From positions 672,001 through 736,000 of the forward strand of contig CAWEXO010000013.1 of the NCBI GenBank assembly GCA_963813025.1: a DNA stretch of 64,000 bases, read 5' to 3'. The position numbers were made by a program, and so were the translations under genes. Shown here in pieces: positions 29,888 through 41,141 of the stretch. The DNA comes from an uncultured Verrucomicrobiae bacterium (lineage in GTDB: Bacteria; Verrucomicrobiota; Verrucomicrobiia; Chthoniobacterales; JAFAMB01). Each line of letters starts with the position of its first letter. The stretch's first letter is position 1. A model generated the notes under the pieces. It was not told where the DNA came from, did no database searches, and worked only from the letters and a program-made list of their open reading frames with translations.

Positions 29888-31411
29888 GCGGCCGGTTGCT
29901 CCAGATGGTGAGTTGCGATGGACTGCATGATCGCTGCCTCCGAAATCTGTCCTTCTGTCAGTTCATCGACCTTCCGGCGGTCGCGTAAGACCACTACCCG
30001 CTGACTCTGGCGGACGACTTCTTCCAGCTCCGAACTGATGAAGAGCACGGCTAATCCATCTTGTCGAAGGGATTGGATCAATTTCTCAACTTCAGCCTTC
30101 GCTCCCACGTCAATTCCCCGGGTCGGTTCATCGAGAATAAACAGCTGCGGCTCGGTTGCTAACCACCTGGCGAGAAGGACCTTTTGCTGATTTCCGCCGC
30201 TCAGATTGCGAATTAGCTGCTCTCGGCTGGGAGTCTTGATCGCCAATGCCTGGATAAATCGATCGGCGAGCTTCTCCTGCTCGGCAACAGTCAGGCGTCG
30301 CCAGCTTCCTCGACTCGCCTGGAGCGCTAAAACGATATTCTCTCGGACGGTGAGGCTGGGAATGATCCCGGCAACTTTCCGGTCCTCCGGCGTCAAAGCA
30401 ATCCGGTAACGGATCGCTGTGCGCGGCGAGCTGAATCTAACAGCCTGCTGGTTAATCCGTACGGCACCCTGATCGGGCCGGTCAACGCCAAAAAGGAGCT
30501 TCGCCGTTTCGGTCCGGCCGGATCCGAGGAGGCCGGCCAATCCGACCACCTCTCCGGGCCGGATCTCCAGATCGAGAGGCTGGAGAGAGCCTTTTCGACC
30601 TAGTCCGCGCGCTTCCAAGAACGGCGCTTCCGAAAGAATGGATGAGGAGCTGGCACGCTTTTGCTCCAGCGCCTGCACTTGGTGAACTGGTTTGCCGATC
30701 ATGTGGGAAACCAGGTTGATCCTCGGAAGATCCTTGGTCGCAAAACAACCGACTCGGCAGCCGTTGCGTAAGATCGTGATCAAATCAGAGATTTCGTAAA
30801 CCTGATCGAGAAAGTGAGTGATAAAAATGATTCCCAGACCGCTTTCCCGGAGTTTTCGAAGTTTTTTGAACAGCTCTTCGACCTCGGTCCGATCCAGGCT
30901 GGAGGTCGGCTCGTCGAGAATTAATAGTTTGGCCGAAATATCCAGCGCGCGAGCAATCGCGACCAACTGCTGAATGGCGATTGAGTAAGAGGAGAGCTGA
31001 CGGTTTACATCGAGAGACAGGTCAAGCCGTGCCAGCGCGGCTCGTGCTCGCCTGGTAATTGCGGGCCAACGAATTGCCCCGAGCACAGGTCGGCTGGCGT
31101 CCGAGACAAATATTTTCGGCAACAGACAAGTGCGGAATCAGATTAACTTCCTGATACACCGTGCTGATGCCAAGAACCTCCGCCTCGCGCGGCGATTTCG
31201 GCACAATGATCTGACCCGCCAGGCGCGTTTCGCCGGCGTCACGCGGAAACACCCCGGTCAACACCTTGATTAAGGTGCTCTTTCCCGCGCCGTTCTCGCC
31301 CATGAGCGCATGGATTTCGCCGCGCTGGAGCGCAAAGTCCACCGCGTCCAGCGCCTTGACCCCGGGAAAGCCTTTTGTCAGCCCAGCAATTTCTAAGAGC
31401 GGATTAGCCAC
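29884..31411 (-). CDS. ytfR: Sugar ABC ATP-binding protein YtfR-like, frameshift ~31087
   Basis: GENGAGKST, LDEPT, LSGGNQQK; two NBD halves. Confidence 0.88.
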
Positions 31412-31489
31412 TCGATGATCTAAGAATAGAATTCGGGCGCTCTGTCTTTCGGCCGAGCGCCCGCTTTGAAACAAAAAATGAGCGAGGGT

Positions 31490-32470
31490 TTAGTATTGTC
31501 TCTTTGGCAGCTCGGCGGCTGCCTGTGATTGTTCGTAAACACCCTCTTGGCTGACCACGCGTTTCGGGAATCCTGTTTATTGGCGACCTTTTCGATCAGG
31601 TCAAACAACTGCGGTCCGAGCAGTGGATTGCACTCGACTGTGACATTCAGCTTGCCATCCTTCATCGCTTCGAAGGCTCCCCGGACGCCGTCAATTGAGA
31701 CGATTTTAATATCCTGACCCGGCTTGATGCCGGCTTCTTCCATGGCCTGGATCGCTCCCAGGGCCATGTCGTCATTGTGGGCAAACAGCACGTTAATCTC
31801 TTTGGCGTTCGGTGATTTCAAAAACGCTTCCATCACCTCTTTGCCTTTCGCCCGGGTGAAGTCGCCGCTTTGCGACATGATGATTTTCATGTCCGGGATA
31901 TTTGGTCAAGACTTCTTCGAAGCCTTTCTTGCGATCGATCGCCGGCGCAGATCCGACGGTGCCGACCAATTCAGCGATGTTGGCTTTGCCTCCGGTCAGT
32001 TTGACCACCGCCTTCGCCGCACGCCGGCCTTCTTCGACGAAGTCGGAGCCCAGGAAAGTGACATACAGGCTTGGGTCGGAAACTTTGACGGCGCGGTCCG
32101 ACAGAACGACCGGAATCCCAGCTTTCTTCGCTTCCTGTAAGACCGGCTCGAAACCAGTCTCGACGACCGGTGAAAATGCGATCACATCGACTCCTTCAGC
32201 AATAAAGGATCGGATCGCTTTGATTTGATTTTCCTCCTTTTGCTGGGCATCGGAGAACCGGAGATCGATTCCGCGTTTTTGCGCTTCGGATTTGATTGAT
32301 TCGGTGTTGGCGGTGCGCCAACCGCTTTCTGCGCCAACCTGAGAGAATCCCGACGACTAGCTTTTTCTGAGCGGTGTCATCAGCGAACGCTTGAGGCTGG
32401 GTCGAGGGCAAAAACCGATGGGAACGCCAAGCAGGGCAATAGCTGCTTCGATAAAAGTGGCTATTTTCAT
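31490..32470 (-). CDS. ytfQ: Sugar ABC substrate-binding protein YtfQ-like, several frameshifts
   Basis: Fragments FSPVVETG, LGSDFVEEGRRA, SGDFTRAKGKEVME, HNDDMALGA, VECNPLLGP; C-terminus ELPKRQY*. Confidence 0.82.
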
Positions 32471-32554
32471 ATTTCTGGGAGACTGCATTGATGGCTCCCG
32501 CCGGGGAGCACGTCTGACGTTAGTAGAAATCGTCCGGAGCGACGCGTCGGAAAC

Positions 32555-32625
32555 CGTGAACGGTCACAAAGAGGCCATCATTCTTACATTTCCAGAAAAA
32601 GAGCGTGATGCCGTGACCGTTCACA
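32555..32625. promoter_or_regulatory. Two LacI-family operators
   Basis: cgtgaacggtcaca (32555-32568) and cgtgaccgttcaca (32612-32625) fit GTGAnCGnTCAC and lie between the divergent ytfQ and LacI genes. Confidence 0.7.
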
Positions 32626-32721
32626 TCCAATAATTCGTTGCTTAATGCGTTTGCAAGAAAAAAGTGCGCAAAGCTGCGATGCGACTTTACTTCCTTGACC
32701 GAACCTTTATTGACCTTTCCC

Positions 32722-33790
32722 ATGCGGCTTTCCCCCACAAAAAAAGAACCTTACCATCCATGATGTCGCGGCTCTGACCGGGGTTTCTTACCAAACTGTC
32801 TCCCGGGTCATCAATGGAATGCCCGAAGTGGCGCCGCAACTCGCGCCCGAGTCCAACAGGTACTCGCAGAAGTTAGTTTCCGACCCAACATAACGGCCCG
32901 GCAGCTTGCGGGCAAGCGTTCTACCACCGTCTGGCTTGGTCACTTTTGCAACCAGTTTTTACGGTCCCTCCCAGATTATGGTGAACAGCGAGCAGGCTTC
33001 CAAGGAGCTCGGGTTGAGCTTTCATGTTCAGCGGCATCGTCGAACAGAGCACTCAATGATATCCGCCGAGCAGTGGACGAGCTTTGCGCCCATCAGGTCT
33101 GTGGCATCCTCATCCATTTGCCTTGGGAAGTGGACTTGCGCGATCTCCAGGATGTCTGTCGAAACGTTCCCATTGTGGCTGTCGATTCTGATTTCGGATT
33201 CGAGTGTCCCTCCGTTTTTGTCAACCAGGAGCTCGGCTCGCGTAAGGCTACTCGTCATTTGCTTCAGCTCGGTCATAAGAAAATCGCCCATCTTCGCGGG
33301 CCTGTTCCGTGGCGAGCCGCCAGACTTCGCTACGTTGGTTGGCAAAAGGAACTAAAGGCGGCGCGTCTCCCTGCTGGACCGGTCGTTGATGGCGATTGGA
33401 CTGCTGAGTCTGGCTTTGAGGCCGCCCAGAGACTTATCTCCAATCATTGGGGGAAGTTTACCGCGGTCGTCGTCGCTAACGATCAAATGGCGCTAGGAGC
33501 AATCCGAGCTTTTGAGGAGAGCTCCATCCGGTATTCCGCAAAAGATTTCGCTGGTCGGCTTCGACGACATTCCGGAAGCCGGCTTTTTCCGCCCGCCTCT
33601 ATCGACCATCAAACAGGATTTTGCCGCTCTTGGCCGGCGAAGTATCCAATGTTTGATGGCCCAGGTAGATCAGAGCCAGGCAACTTCATCGAGTCGCACG
33701 ATTCAGCCGTTTTTTATCGAGCGAGAAAGCACCGCTCCACTTGCCAACGCGAAGGCTCCTTCTCCGGGACCGGACGGAATCAGGGGTTAG
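32722..33790 (+). CDS. LacI family regulator, several frameshifts
   Basis: HTH TIHDVAALTGVSYQTVSRVIN; HLLQLGHKKIAHL, ANDQMALG, SLVGFDD, PPLSTI. Confidence 0.85.
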
Positions 33791-33891
33791 GACCCGGAAT
33801 GGGAATACCGGAACGGAATCAGGGGTTAGGACCCGGAATGGGAATACCGGAACGGAATCAGGGGTAAGGACCCAGAATGGGGAATACCGGA
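33775..33891. repeat. Tandem repeat, 3 x 39 bp (cggaatcaggggttaggacccggaatgggaataccggaa)
   Basis: Direct copies at 33775, 33814 and 33853 (third imperfect). Confidence 0.93.
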
Positions 33892-33953
33892 GTCCGATTG
33901 ACCTATCACCGACAGCAACGACCGCGATCCTCGCCTTCGAGGACTCGCCTTCG

Positions 33954-34075
33954 AAAGGCTAGTTCAGGGACAGGTCCGAGTTGGAAAGGCTAGTTCAGGG
34001 ACAGGTCCGAGTTGGGAAAGGCTAGTTCAGGGACAGGTCCGAGTTGAAAGGCTAGTTCAGGGACAGGTCCGAGTT
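33954..34075. repeat. Tandem repeat, 4 x 29-bp identical core (aaaggctagttcagggacaggtccgagtt) joined by 1-3 G
   Basis: Copies at 33954, 33985, 34017 and 34047; no unique spacers. Confidence 0.95.
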
Positions 34076-34378
34076 GGGGGCGGGCCTTACGGAGCGCGCG
34101 AACCTCAAGGGACAGACTCTTAAGACGCAACAACAGGCCGAGGCGTGACCGGCTTTTGCTCGAGCAACGAGAGATCCTGACCGTGGAACAGAACAAACAG
34201 ACAAACTATTCGAAAAAGCCTCCCTCAATAGACTCGGAGACCGCAATCGCGTTCGAGCGGTGAAGCTTGAGACCAGAGCCTTGGGCGAACGGTTACGATT
34301 CTTAGGCGTCCCGAACTGTGTCGTTAAAGAATTGCCGCCCGAATCACCCAAAAGGGGACTTTTTTTGCGATAGCAATA

Positions 34379-35371
34379 TCAGCTGGGGGCACGTTGAAAG
34401 GCGCGAAGCACCCAGATCTGCTGGTTCTCCGAGCCGTGTAATTGTCGAGGCCGAGGGTCACGGGCTTGCGGAATGCGCAGAAGGCTCTTCCAACGAGCGA
34501 ATTGTTCTTGGACAAAGGCGCGACTTCCAAGAATACCGCCATCGGTAAAATAGCGGATGCGGCACCGCAGCAATTCCGGCAGCGGAATTTCGCCGTCCAG
34601 TTCCTCGATCACGTGCGCCGCAACCCGAGGAGGAATTCTTACCGCATCAGCCTTCGAAGCCGAAGTTCCCGTTTGAAAAAGCAGCTTCCGATACTCCTTG
34701 CCAACCCTCGACCAGGGTGTTTCGGCGCTCAAAAGCAACGCGCGGCTTAAGCCCTGCTTGGCCTGTGGGCAATTTTTGGCCACTGCTTCGGCGTATCCGC
34801 AATAGCGATAATCCTTCGGGTCTCGGCACAGACCAGCTCGCAACGGGTTCAGATCAATATAGGCCGCCACGGCGCGCAGGGCGGGTCCTTCTTCGATCAA
34901 GGTGCTTTTAAAACGCTCGGCCCACAGCGCGCCATAGCGTTGATGCCGCCGGTTAAACCATTGAGCAAAGCGACTTTTCAACTCTTTGAAAAAAACCGAT
35001 ATGTCGAAGAGCTGGCGTGCATAGCGCTCTCTGAGCGTCTGCGCCGCCGGCGGCGCCAATGTTGCCAACTGTTCGGCGACCATCGCGCGGTGAATCTCTC
35101 CGTAGCCTGCGGCAATGCAGTCCAGCAATTCGGCATTCGACAAGAGCCGCCGTTGGGGGATATAGCACAAAATGTGGAAATGATTGGACATCACGGCATA
35201 GGTTAAAACCTGTACGCAGCAGGCTTGTTCCAGGCGGCGCATCAGATCGCGGAAATGTTCCGCTTCAGCCGAAACCATCGAGTGATTGGGAAAGATGGTC
35301 AGCCCATCCACGGCGCGCGACATGCAGTGGTAGAAACTATCGCCTGGGAGCTTGATTCGAGGATGCCGCAT
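34379..35371 (-). mobile_element. REP-associated tyrosine transposase (RAYT, Y1 HUH family)
   Basis: YHCMSR, YAVMSNHFH (HUH), LWAERFKS, YIDLNPLRAG, extended C-terminus; no terminal IRs seen. Confidence 0.9.
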
Positions 35372-35523
35372 TAGGATTAACATAACCTATTGCGTTAATG
35401 TTATCAATATTAATTGCTTGGTCGTCGATGCCATTAGCAGCTGAAAACTCTGCGGCGCAGGAATCGATGGACAACAACCCAGGCCGTGAAAGGCTGCGCT
35501 AAGAAAGGTCTACTACAATAACC

Positions 35524-35941
35524 ATGGCGTTGAGCTTCGTTATCGCTCCGATGGGCCGTGTACATTCCACGATCGAAGACCCCTTTTACGCTCCCCCGTC
35601 AGGGGTGGGAGGGCGCTCCCAATGCACGACTGGAAGTCCATACGCCTTTTCTCCAGGGCCTCGACGGCATCAAGGCCGGCGAAGACGTTTGGATTTTCAC
35701 GTGGCTCCGCCAAGCGAAGCGCTCTGTTCTCAAGGTTCACCCCCGAAATGACGTGTTGAACCCAGTGCAGGGCGTGTTTGCAACTCGTTCTCCGGACCGG
35801 CCGAACCCAATAGGCCTACATCGAGCAAAGGTTCTCAGCGTGGACGAGAATCGCTGGCTTAAGGTGCAGGGTTTAGAGGCGATCGATGGTACTCCGATCA
35901 TTGATATCAAGCCGGCAATCGAACGCAGCGGCGATTACTAA
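35524..35941 (+). CDS. tsaA: tRNA m6t6A37 methyltransferase TrmO/TsaA-like, frameshift ~35585
   Basis: GVFATRSPDRPNPIGL and LEAIDGTPIIDIKP. Confidence 0.88.
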
Positions 35942-36603
35942 GATCCGCTGTGGGCGACACCGGCTCGGAACTGTCCTCGCGTTGGTCTGGAGTGATTAAG
36001 CGCAATTTTCGTAATCGGCTGCATCAGATCGAAGCGTGGTCAGTCGCCTTCTCCGGGGTCGGTGGATCGACGAGTAGTGCATCCATCGAGTGCGAACAAA
36101 GCTCGGCAGACGATGCTCTGGAGACTACGGCCGAATTCTTGGAGTCAGCCAGACTCTCAAGACCGCCCAATCACCCAAAGTCGATCGATTGCTGTCGCTT
36201 TTTGTGACTCAAAGAGACAAGCACTCTCGGCAACGCTGAGACGGGCAAGCAAAAACGATCAGGTGCTGGTCTGGTTTCACTCTATGTGCAAGTCGACCTC
36301 TCCTTTTTGTTTCTCTTCGCTGGCTGCCGTTCAGGACGGATTGGCCATCGCAGAGCAGTAGCACGAGAAAGTCATGGTCGAGGAGTTTCGCAGCGACGTT
36401 AAGCTTCGAGGGAGGAGCAAAAACGAATGGGTCGCGGTCCGTCTCTAGCGCATTTGGGATGCGCGGACCTGTCCCCCTTTGCGCGTGGTTATCCTTTGCG
36501 CGTGCCAGTTCATGGGCGCGTGGCCGGTCCTTCTTTGTTTGTCTTTTGGGTAATCGCTAAAATGATAAACGTATAGGCATCGCTCCGAGATCAGGGAGCG
36601 CTT

Positions 36604-38178
36604 ATGAATCGCGCTGAGGTTACCTGCACACTGCTGATTGCTGTTGCTGGCTTGGCTGTCCTGGCAACCAAGGTTTCTTTACCCTATCCGGTACTGCAGG
36701 TGATCGGCGGACTTGCGCTCGGCTTTGTCCCCGGCCTGCCGTCGATTCAGCTGGAGCCAGACTTTGTTTTTCTATTTTTGTTGCCACCGCTGCTCTATCC
36801 GGCGGCGCTCTTCACGTCTTGGCGTGATTTTCGGGCGAACCTTCGGCCAATCGCGCTACTCGCGATCGGACTCGTCTTGCTAACTGTTGTCATCGTCGGG
36901 GCTGTTGCCCACGCGCTGACCGGTTTACCTTGGGCGGCAGCGTTTTCGCTCGGGGCAATCGTCTCGCCGACGGATGCAGTGGCGGCGACCGCGATTGCGA
37001 GCCGTTTGCGCGTGCCGCGCGGAATCGTAACGATTTTGGAAGGTGAAAGCCTCGTCAACGACGCCACGGCTCTTGTCGCTTACCGCTTCGCGATCGCCGC
37101 AATGGTCAGCGGCAGGTTTTCACTTTCCGACGCAAGTGGACGCTTTGTTTTGGTCGCAGTGGGCGGTACGGCCATTGGGTTGGTCATCGGCTGGCTCGCT
37201 GCTCAAGTCCAGCGCCGTCTCGATGACCCACCGGTGCAAATCACTATTTCGCTGCTGACGCCCTTTGCCGCATACATCCCTGCGGAGCGTTTTCAAGTGT
37301 CGGGAGTGCTGGCCGTAGTCGCGGCTGGACTGTTTCTCGGTTGGCGATCGCCGGAAACGCTCACCTCACGGACGCGTCTCAACGCATTCGTGTTCTGGGA
37401 AATGATGGTATTTCTTTTAAACGGTCTGGTCTTTGTCCTAATCGGTTTGCAACTGCCCCGCATTCTCCATGGGCTCCCCGGGCAATCTCTGAAACAGCTA
37501 ATTTGGCACGGCACGCTGATCAGCGGCGTCGTCATTGCAGTGCGTATCATTTGGGTTCTTACCGCGACGAACCTCCGGCATTGGACACGCTTGGCTTTTG
37601 GGAAAAGAGATCGGTTTCCCGCTTGGCGGAACGCGGCAATCGTTAGCTGGACTGGAATGCGCGGTGTGGTGTCGCTTGCGGCAGCGCTCGCGTTGCCTTT
37701 GACGCTTTCGGACGGTCGCCCTTTCCCGGGACGCGACTACATATTATTTATTACGTTTTGGGTGATTCTGGCAACGCTGGTAGTCCAAGGCTTGAGCTTG
37801 CCCGCGCTGATTCGCGGACTTGGAGTGATGGACGATGGAATTGCCCCTTTAGAAGAGAGAACGGCGCGGCTGAAAGCGAACGAAGCCGCCTTAGCCTATC
37901 TTGCTGAAGTCGATCAGCGCTTTCCGAGGGATCTCGTGGAGCGGCTCCGCGTCGAATATGACGATCGGATCCGGCAGTTGGAGGTATGTGCGAACATGCG
38001 CGCAGATCGCGCTGGAGCGTTTATTGCGCCCTATCAGCGTTTGCAGCAAGAAGCGCTCGACGTCGAGCGCCGCACCATCATCCAATTGCGCAATGAATAT
38101 GTCATCAACGATGAAGTCTTGCGTCGCATCCAGAGCGATCTCGATCATGCCGAAGCGAGGCTGCCTGAGCGCCAGTAG
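36604..38178 (+). CDS. Na+/H+ antiporter, CPA1 family
   Basis: LPPLLY, SPTDAVA, EGESLVNDA, GMRGVVSLAAAL. Confidence 0.93.
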   Translation: MNRAEVTCTLLIAVAGLAVLATKVSLPYPVLQVIGGLALGFVPGLPSIQLEPDFVFLFLLPPLLYPAALFTSWRDFRANLRPIALLAIGLVLLTVVIVGAVAHALTGLPWAAAFSLGAIVSPTDAVAATAIASRLRVPRGIVTILEGESLVNDATALVAYRFAIAAMVSGRFSLSDASGRFVLVAVGGTAIGLVIGWLAAQVQRRLDDPPVQITISLLTPFAAYIPAERFQVSGVLAVVAAGLFLGWRSPETLTSRTRLNAFVFWEMMVFLLNGLVFVLIGLQLPRILHGLPGQSLKQLIWHGTLISGVVIAVRIIWVLTATNLRHWTRLAFGKRDRFPAWRNAAIVSWTGMRGVVSLAAALALPLTLSDGRPFPGRDYILFITFWVILATLVVQGLSLPALIRGLGVMDDGIAPLEERTARLKANEAALAYLAEVDQRFPRDLVERLRVEYDDRIRQLEVCANMRADRAGAFIAPYQRLQQEALDVERRTIIQLRNEYVINDEVLRRIQSDLDHAEARLPERQ

Positions 38179-38298
38179 AGGGCAAGCCCTCAGCCCATAA
38201 TTTACGATTCGCTGAAAGCGTCTACTGGAGGTTCGCGCCGGAATTCGATGGCGAAGCGGACGGCGATCTGCCAAGGTCTCCTCCAGGAGAGGTTTGCG

Positions 38299-39078
38299 AT
38301 GGCCGACCGGAATGGAAACAACAAAACGGGCGTAGCCCCTTTGGATGGTCCGGTGCAGAACCCGGAGATTTCCTCAGAGCAAAAGAGGCCGGTAAGGCTA
38401 GGTCCGGCGAAAAGCTGGTTTTCGATAACGCTGTTCAGGAAGAACTTGATGGGGCTCACAGGGCTGTTCCTCTGCCTTTTTCTCGTGATCCATCTCTTCG
38501 GAAATCTGCAGCTCCTTTTGCCGGCGCGACTGGCTCAGTGGCAATTCAATTTCTATTCCAAGCTGCTCTCCGAGAATATCTTAATCAAACTCATCTCCTA
38601 CGCGTTGTTCGCGAGCATCCTGGCCCACACGCTGTATGCTCTGGTGATCACACTCGAAAACCGGCGGGCTAGTGGAAAGCGTTACGCATACGACCGGCGT
38701 GGCGCGGCCAGTAAGTGGTATTCTCGAAAAATGGGCCTGCTGGGAACGATCATCCTGGTTTTCCTTATTATCCATCTGCGGGATTTCTGGTATCGCTTGC
38801 AGTTCAGCCACGTGCCTGTGGACAAGGACGGGCAAAAAGACCTCTATACCTTGGTCGTTACCGTCTACCGCAACGGATGGTACGTGCTGATCTACGGATT
38901 ATCAATGATCGCGCTCGGATACCATCTGCTGCACGGTTTCTTCAGCGCAGCCCGAACCCTGGGAGTTTACCACCCCCAGTACGTTCACGTGATTAAGGCC
39001 CTCGGTTGGGTTTACAGCATTGGAATAAGCGCCGGATTCGCGCTGATCCCGATCTACCTTTATTTCGTCAGAGCATAG
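38299..39078 (+). CDS. sdhC: Succinate dehydrogenase cytochrome b subunit (Bacteroidetes-type)
   Basis: MGLTGLFLCLFLVIHLFGN, HLRDF, HLLHGFFSA; followed by an SdhA N-terminus. Confidence 0.85.
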   Translation: MADRNGNNKTGVAPLDGPVQNPEISSEQKRPVRLGPAKSWFSITLFRKNLMGLTGLFLCLFLVIHLFGNLQLLLPARLAQWQFNFYSKLLSENILIKLISYALFASILAHTLYALVITLENRRASGKRYAYDRRGAASKWYSRKMGLLGTIILVFLIIHLRDFWYRLQFSHVPVDKDGQKDLYTLVVTVYRNGWYVLIYGLSMIALGYHLLHGFFSAARTLGVYHPQYVHVIKALGWVYSIGISAGFALIPIYLYFVRA

Positions 39079-39084
39079 TAAATT

Positions 39085-40041
39085 ATGTTGGACGCGAAAA
39101 TTCCGGATGGCCCGCTGGAGGACAAGTGGAATCGCTATCGATCGACGGCCAAGCTGGTCAGTCCGACTAACCGGAAGAGATTTCGGATCGCAGTTGTCGG
39201 AACAGGTTTGGCGGGTAGTTCGCTCGCTGCGTCCCTGGGAGAGCTGGGTTATGCAGTCGTCAGCTGGGGACAATGGGCTGTGGCGGCGATCGTGCCGGGC
39301 TTAGTCAGCCTGATTCTGATGCCGCTCGTGCTTTACAAAGTCTATCCCCCTGAGATCAAAGAAACTCCTGCCGCGAGTGCATTGGCAAAACAAAAACTCG
39401 CGGAAATGGGCAGCGTGCGCCCAGTCGAATGGATCATGCTGGCCGTGCTTTTTTTGTTATTGTTCTTATGGATCATGGGCGATCGGATCGCAAAGATCGA
39501 CAGCGCGACGACCGCGCTCGTGGAGCTGGGCGTGTTGCTGATCGCGGGTGTCCTCGCTTGGAAGGACATTCTGCGGGAGGAAGGGGCCTGGGATACACTG
39601 GTCTGGTTCGCCGCACTGGTCATGATGGCTACTTTTCTCAATGAATTTGGCCTGATTCCGTGGTTTACCAAGCACGTGCAGGGAATGGTTGGCGGCATCA
39701 GCTGGAACATCGCTTTTCCGGCGCTGTGTCTCGCGTATTTTTACAGTCACTATTTCTTTGCGAGTCAAACTGCCCACGTTAGCTCGATTTACGCTGCGTT
39801 TCTGTCCGTGGCGGTCGCTGTGGGCACGCCGCCTGTGTTAGCCGCTCTGGTACTTGGTTTTTGCAGCAATCTATTCAGCAGCCTTACCCATTACGGAACC
39901 GGGCCGGCGCCGGTGTTATTTGGTTCGGGCTACGTCGAGCTTGGCACCTGGTGGAAGTTAGGCGCGCTTGCCAGTGTCATAAACATTTTGATCTGGTTCA
40001 TTGTTGGCGGCCTTTGGTGGAAATTGCTCGCGCTTTGGTAA
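39085..40041 (+). CDS. Chimeric ORF: ~58-aa SdhA N-terminus fused in frame to the C-terminal half of a DASS dicarboxylate transporter
   Basis: MLDAKIPDGPLEDKW..VVGTGLAG..LGELGY (SdhA), then SWGQWAVAAIVPG..YPPEIKETP..AWDTLVWF..HYFFAS.TAH..THYGTGPAP (CitT/YflS-like). Confidence 0.85.
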   Translation: MLDAKIPDGPLEDKWNRYRSTAKLVSPTNRKRFRIAVVGTGLAGSSLAASLGELGYAVVSWGQWAVAAIVPGLVSLILMPLVLYKVYPPEIKETPAASALAKQKLAEMGSVRPVEWIMLAVLFLLLFLWIMGDRIAKIDSATTALVELGVLLIAGVLAWKDILREEGAWDTLVWFAALVMMATFLNEFGLIPWFTKHVQGMVGGISWNIAFPALCLAYFYSHYFFASQTAHVSSIYAAFLSVAVAVGTPPVLAALVLGFCSNLFSSLTHYGTGPAPVLFGSGYVELGTWWKLGALASVINILIWFIVGGLWWKLLALW

Positions 40042-40045
40042 ACTG

Positions 40046-41105
40046 TGAATTGCTCCCCAAAATCTGGACAGGTTCGCTAAGATCGAAAAAAGACCTGGAG
40101 ATGAAGGGCAAGAAAGCTGGCGTGAGGCGCCGCCGACAGCATAGCGCGACCCTAAAGGCACAAGGGGCCCTGGAGGCCATTCAAGAACGTCGGACCCTCA
40201 ACGAGATCGCCTCTGAATACGGCGTGCACCCGACGCAAGTTTCGGCGTGGAAACGCCAAGCGGTCGAAAGCCTGAGCGGGTTTTTCGACGGGGAGATTCG
40301 GGTGGGCGACCAGGAATTCAGACGTCAGGAGAGCGAATTGTTCGAGCAGATTGGACGGCTCAAAATGGAACTGGAGTGGCTTAAAAAAAACTACGGGGCT
40401 TTACGCTCCAGCAGCGGCGGCAGCTGATCGGTCCAGCCGCCAAAATGAGCCTCGTGCAGCAATGCGCCCTTGCTCGGGGTGGCCCGCAGCAGCTGGTATT
40501 ACCAAGCGCAGGAAGAGAGTAGCGCTAATCTGGTGCTGATGAGCGCCCTGGACCGACTCTATCTATACCCGCTGGCCCTTTTACGGGGTACGCCGGATGA
40601 CCCTTGCGTTGCACGACCAGGGTTGGTCCGTCAACCACAAGCGAACCCGCCGCTTGATGCGCCTCATGGGACTGGAAGCCGTTTATCCCAGGCCTCGCCT
40701 GAGCTCCAACGGCGGCGCACACCTGCGTTTTCCCTATCTGCTCAAAGGCCTGCTCATCGAGCACCGCAATCAGGTCTGGTGTAGCGACATCACTTACATC
40801 GGGTTAGCCGAAGGCTTTGTTTATCTTTTCGCCTTAATGGACTGTTACGAGGAGGTCTATTTGCGTGAGTACGACTCCGTCACCGAGGCCTGGCGGAGTA
40901 TCGGTCGCTACTTCTCCTTCTACAACGATCAGCGGCCGCACAGCAGTCTTGCCAATCGGTCGCCTGCTGCCGTATATAACAGAATCCCTACAAAACTCCG
41001 ACAAAAGGTCGCGCGGAAGAATCGGCTGGTTTTCCCCGCTCCTTTTGAAGGAAATTTATAGCTAACAAACCCATCGAACCTGTCCAGACGATGGGGAGCA
41101 CCTGA
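40046..41105 (+). mobile_element. IS3-family element, defective (internal deletion in orfB)
   Basis: 31-bp imperfect terminal IRs with core tgctcccca..tctggacaggttcg; orfA HTH ~40100-40427; A8 run at 40383-40390; orfB VWCSDITY..LMD runs straight into YEEVYL. Confidence 0.9.
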
Positions 41106-41141
41106 CTTCCAGCGCGCGTTGCCTTCACGTAACTGCGGATT

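Noticed and set aside
33954..34075. Possible CRISPR array (29-bp identical repeats)
   Set aside because: Units are separated by only 1-3 G, there are no unique spacers, and no cas genes are in the window.
35950..36460. Short ORFs between tsaA and the antiporter
   Set aside because: No recognisable motifs or RBS; the overlapping frames are unconvincing.
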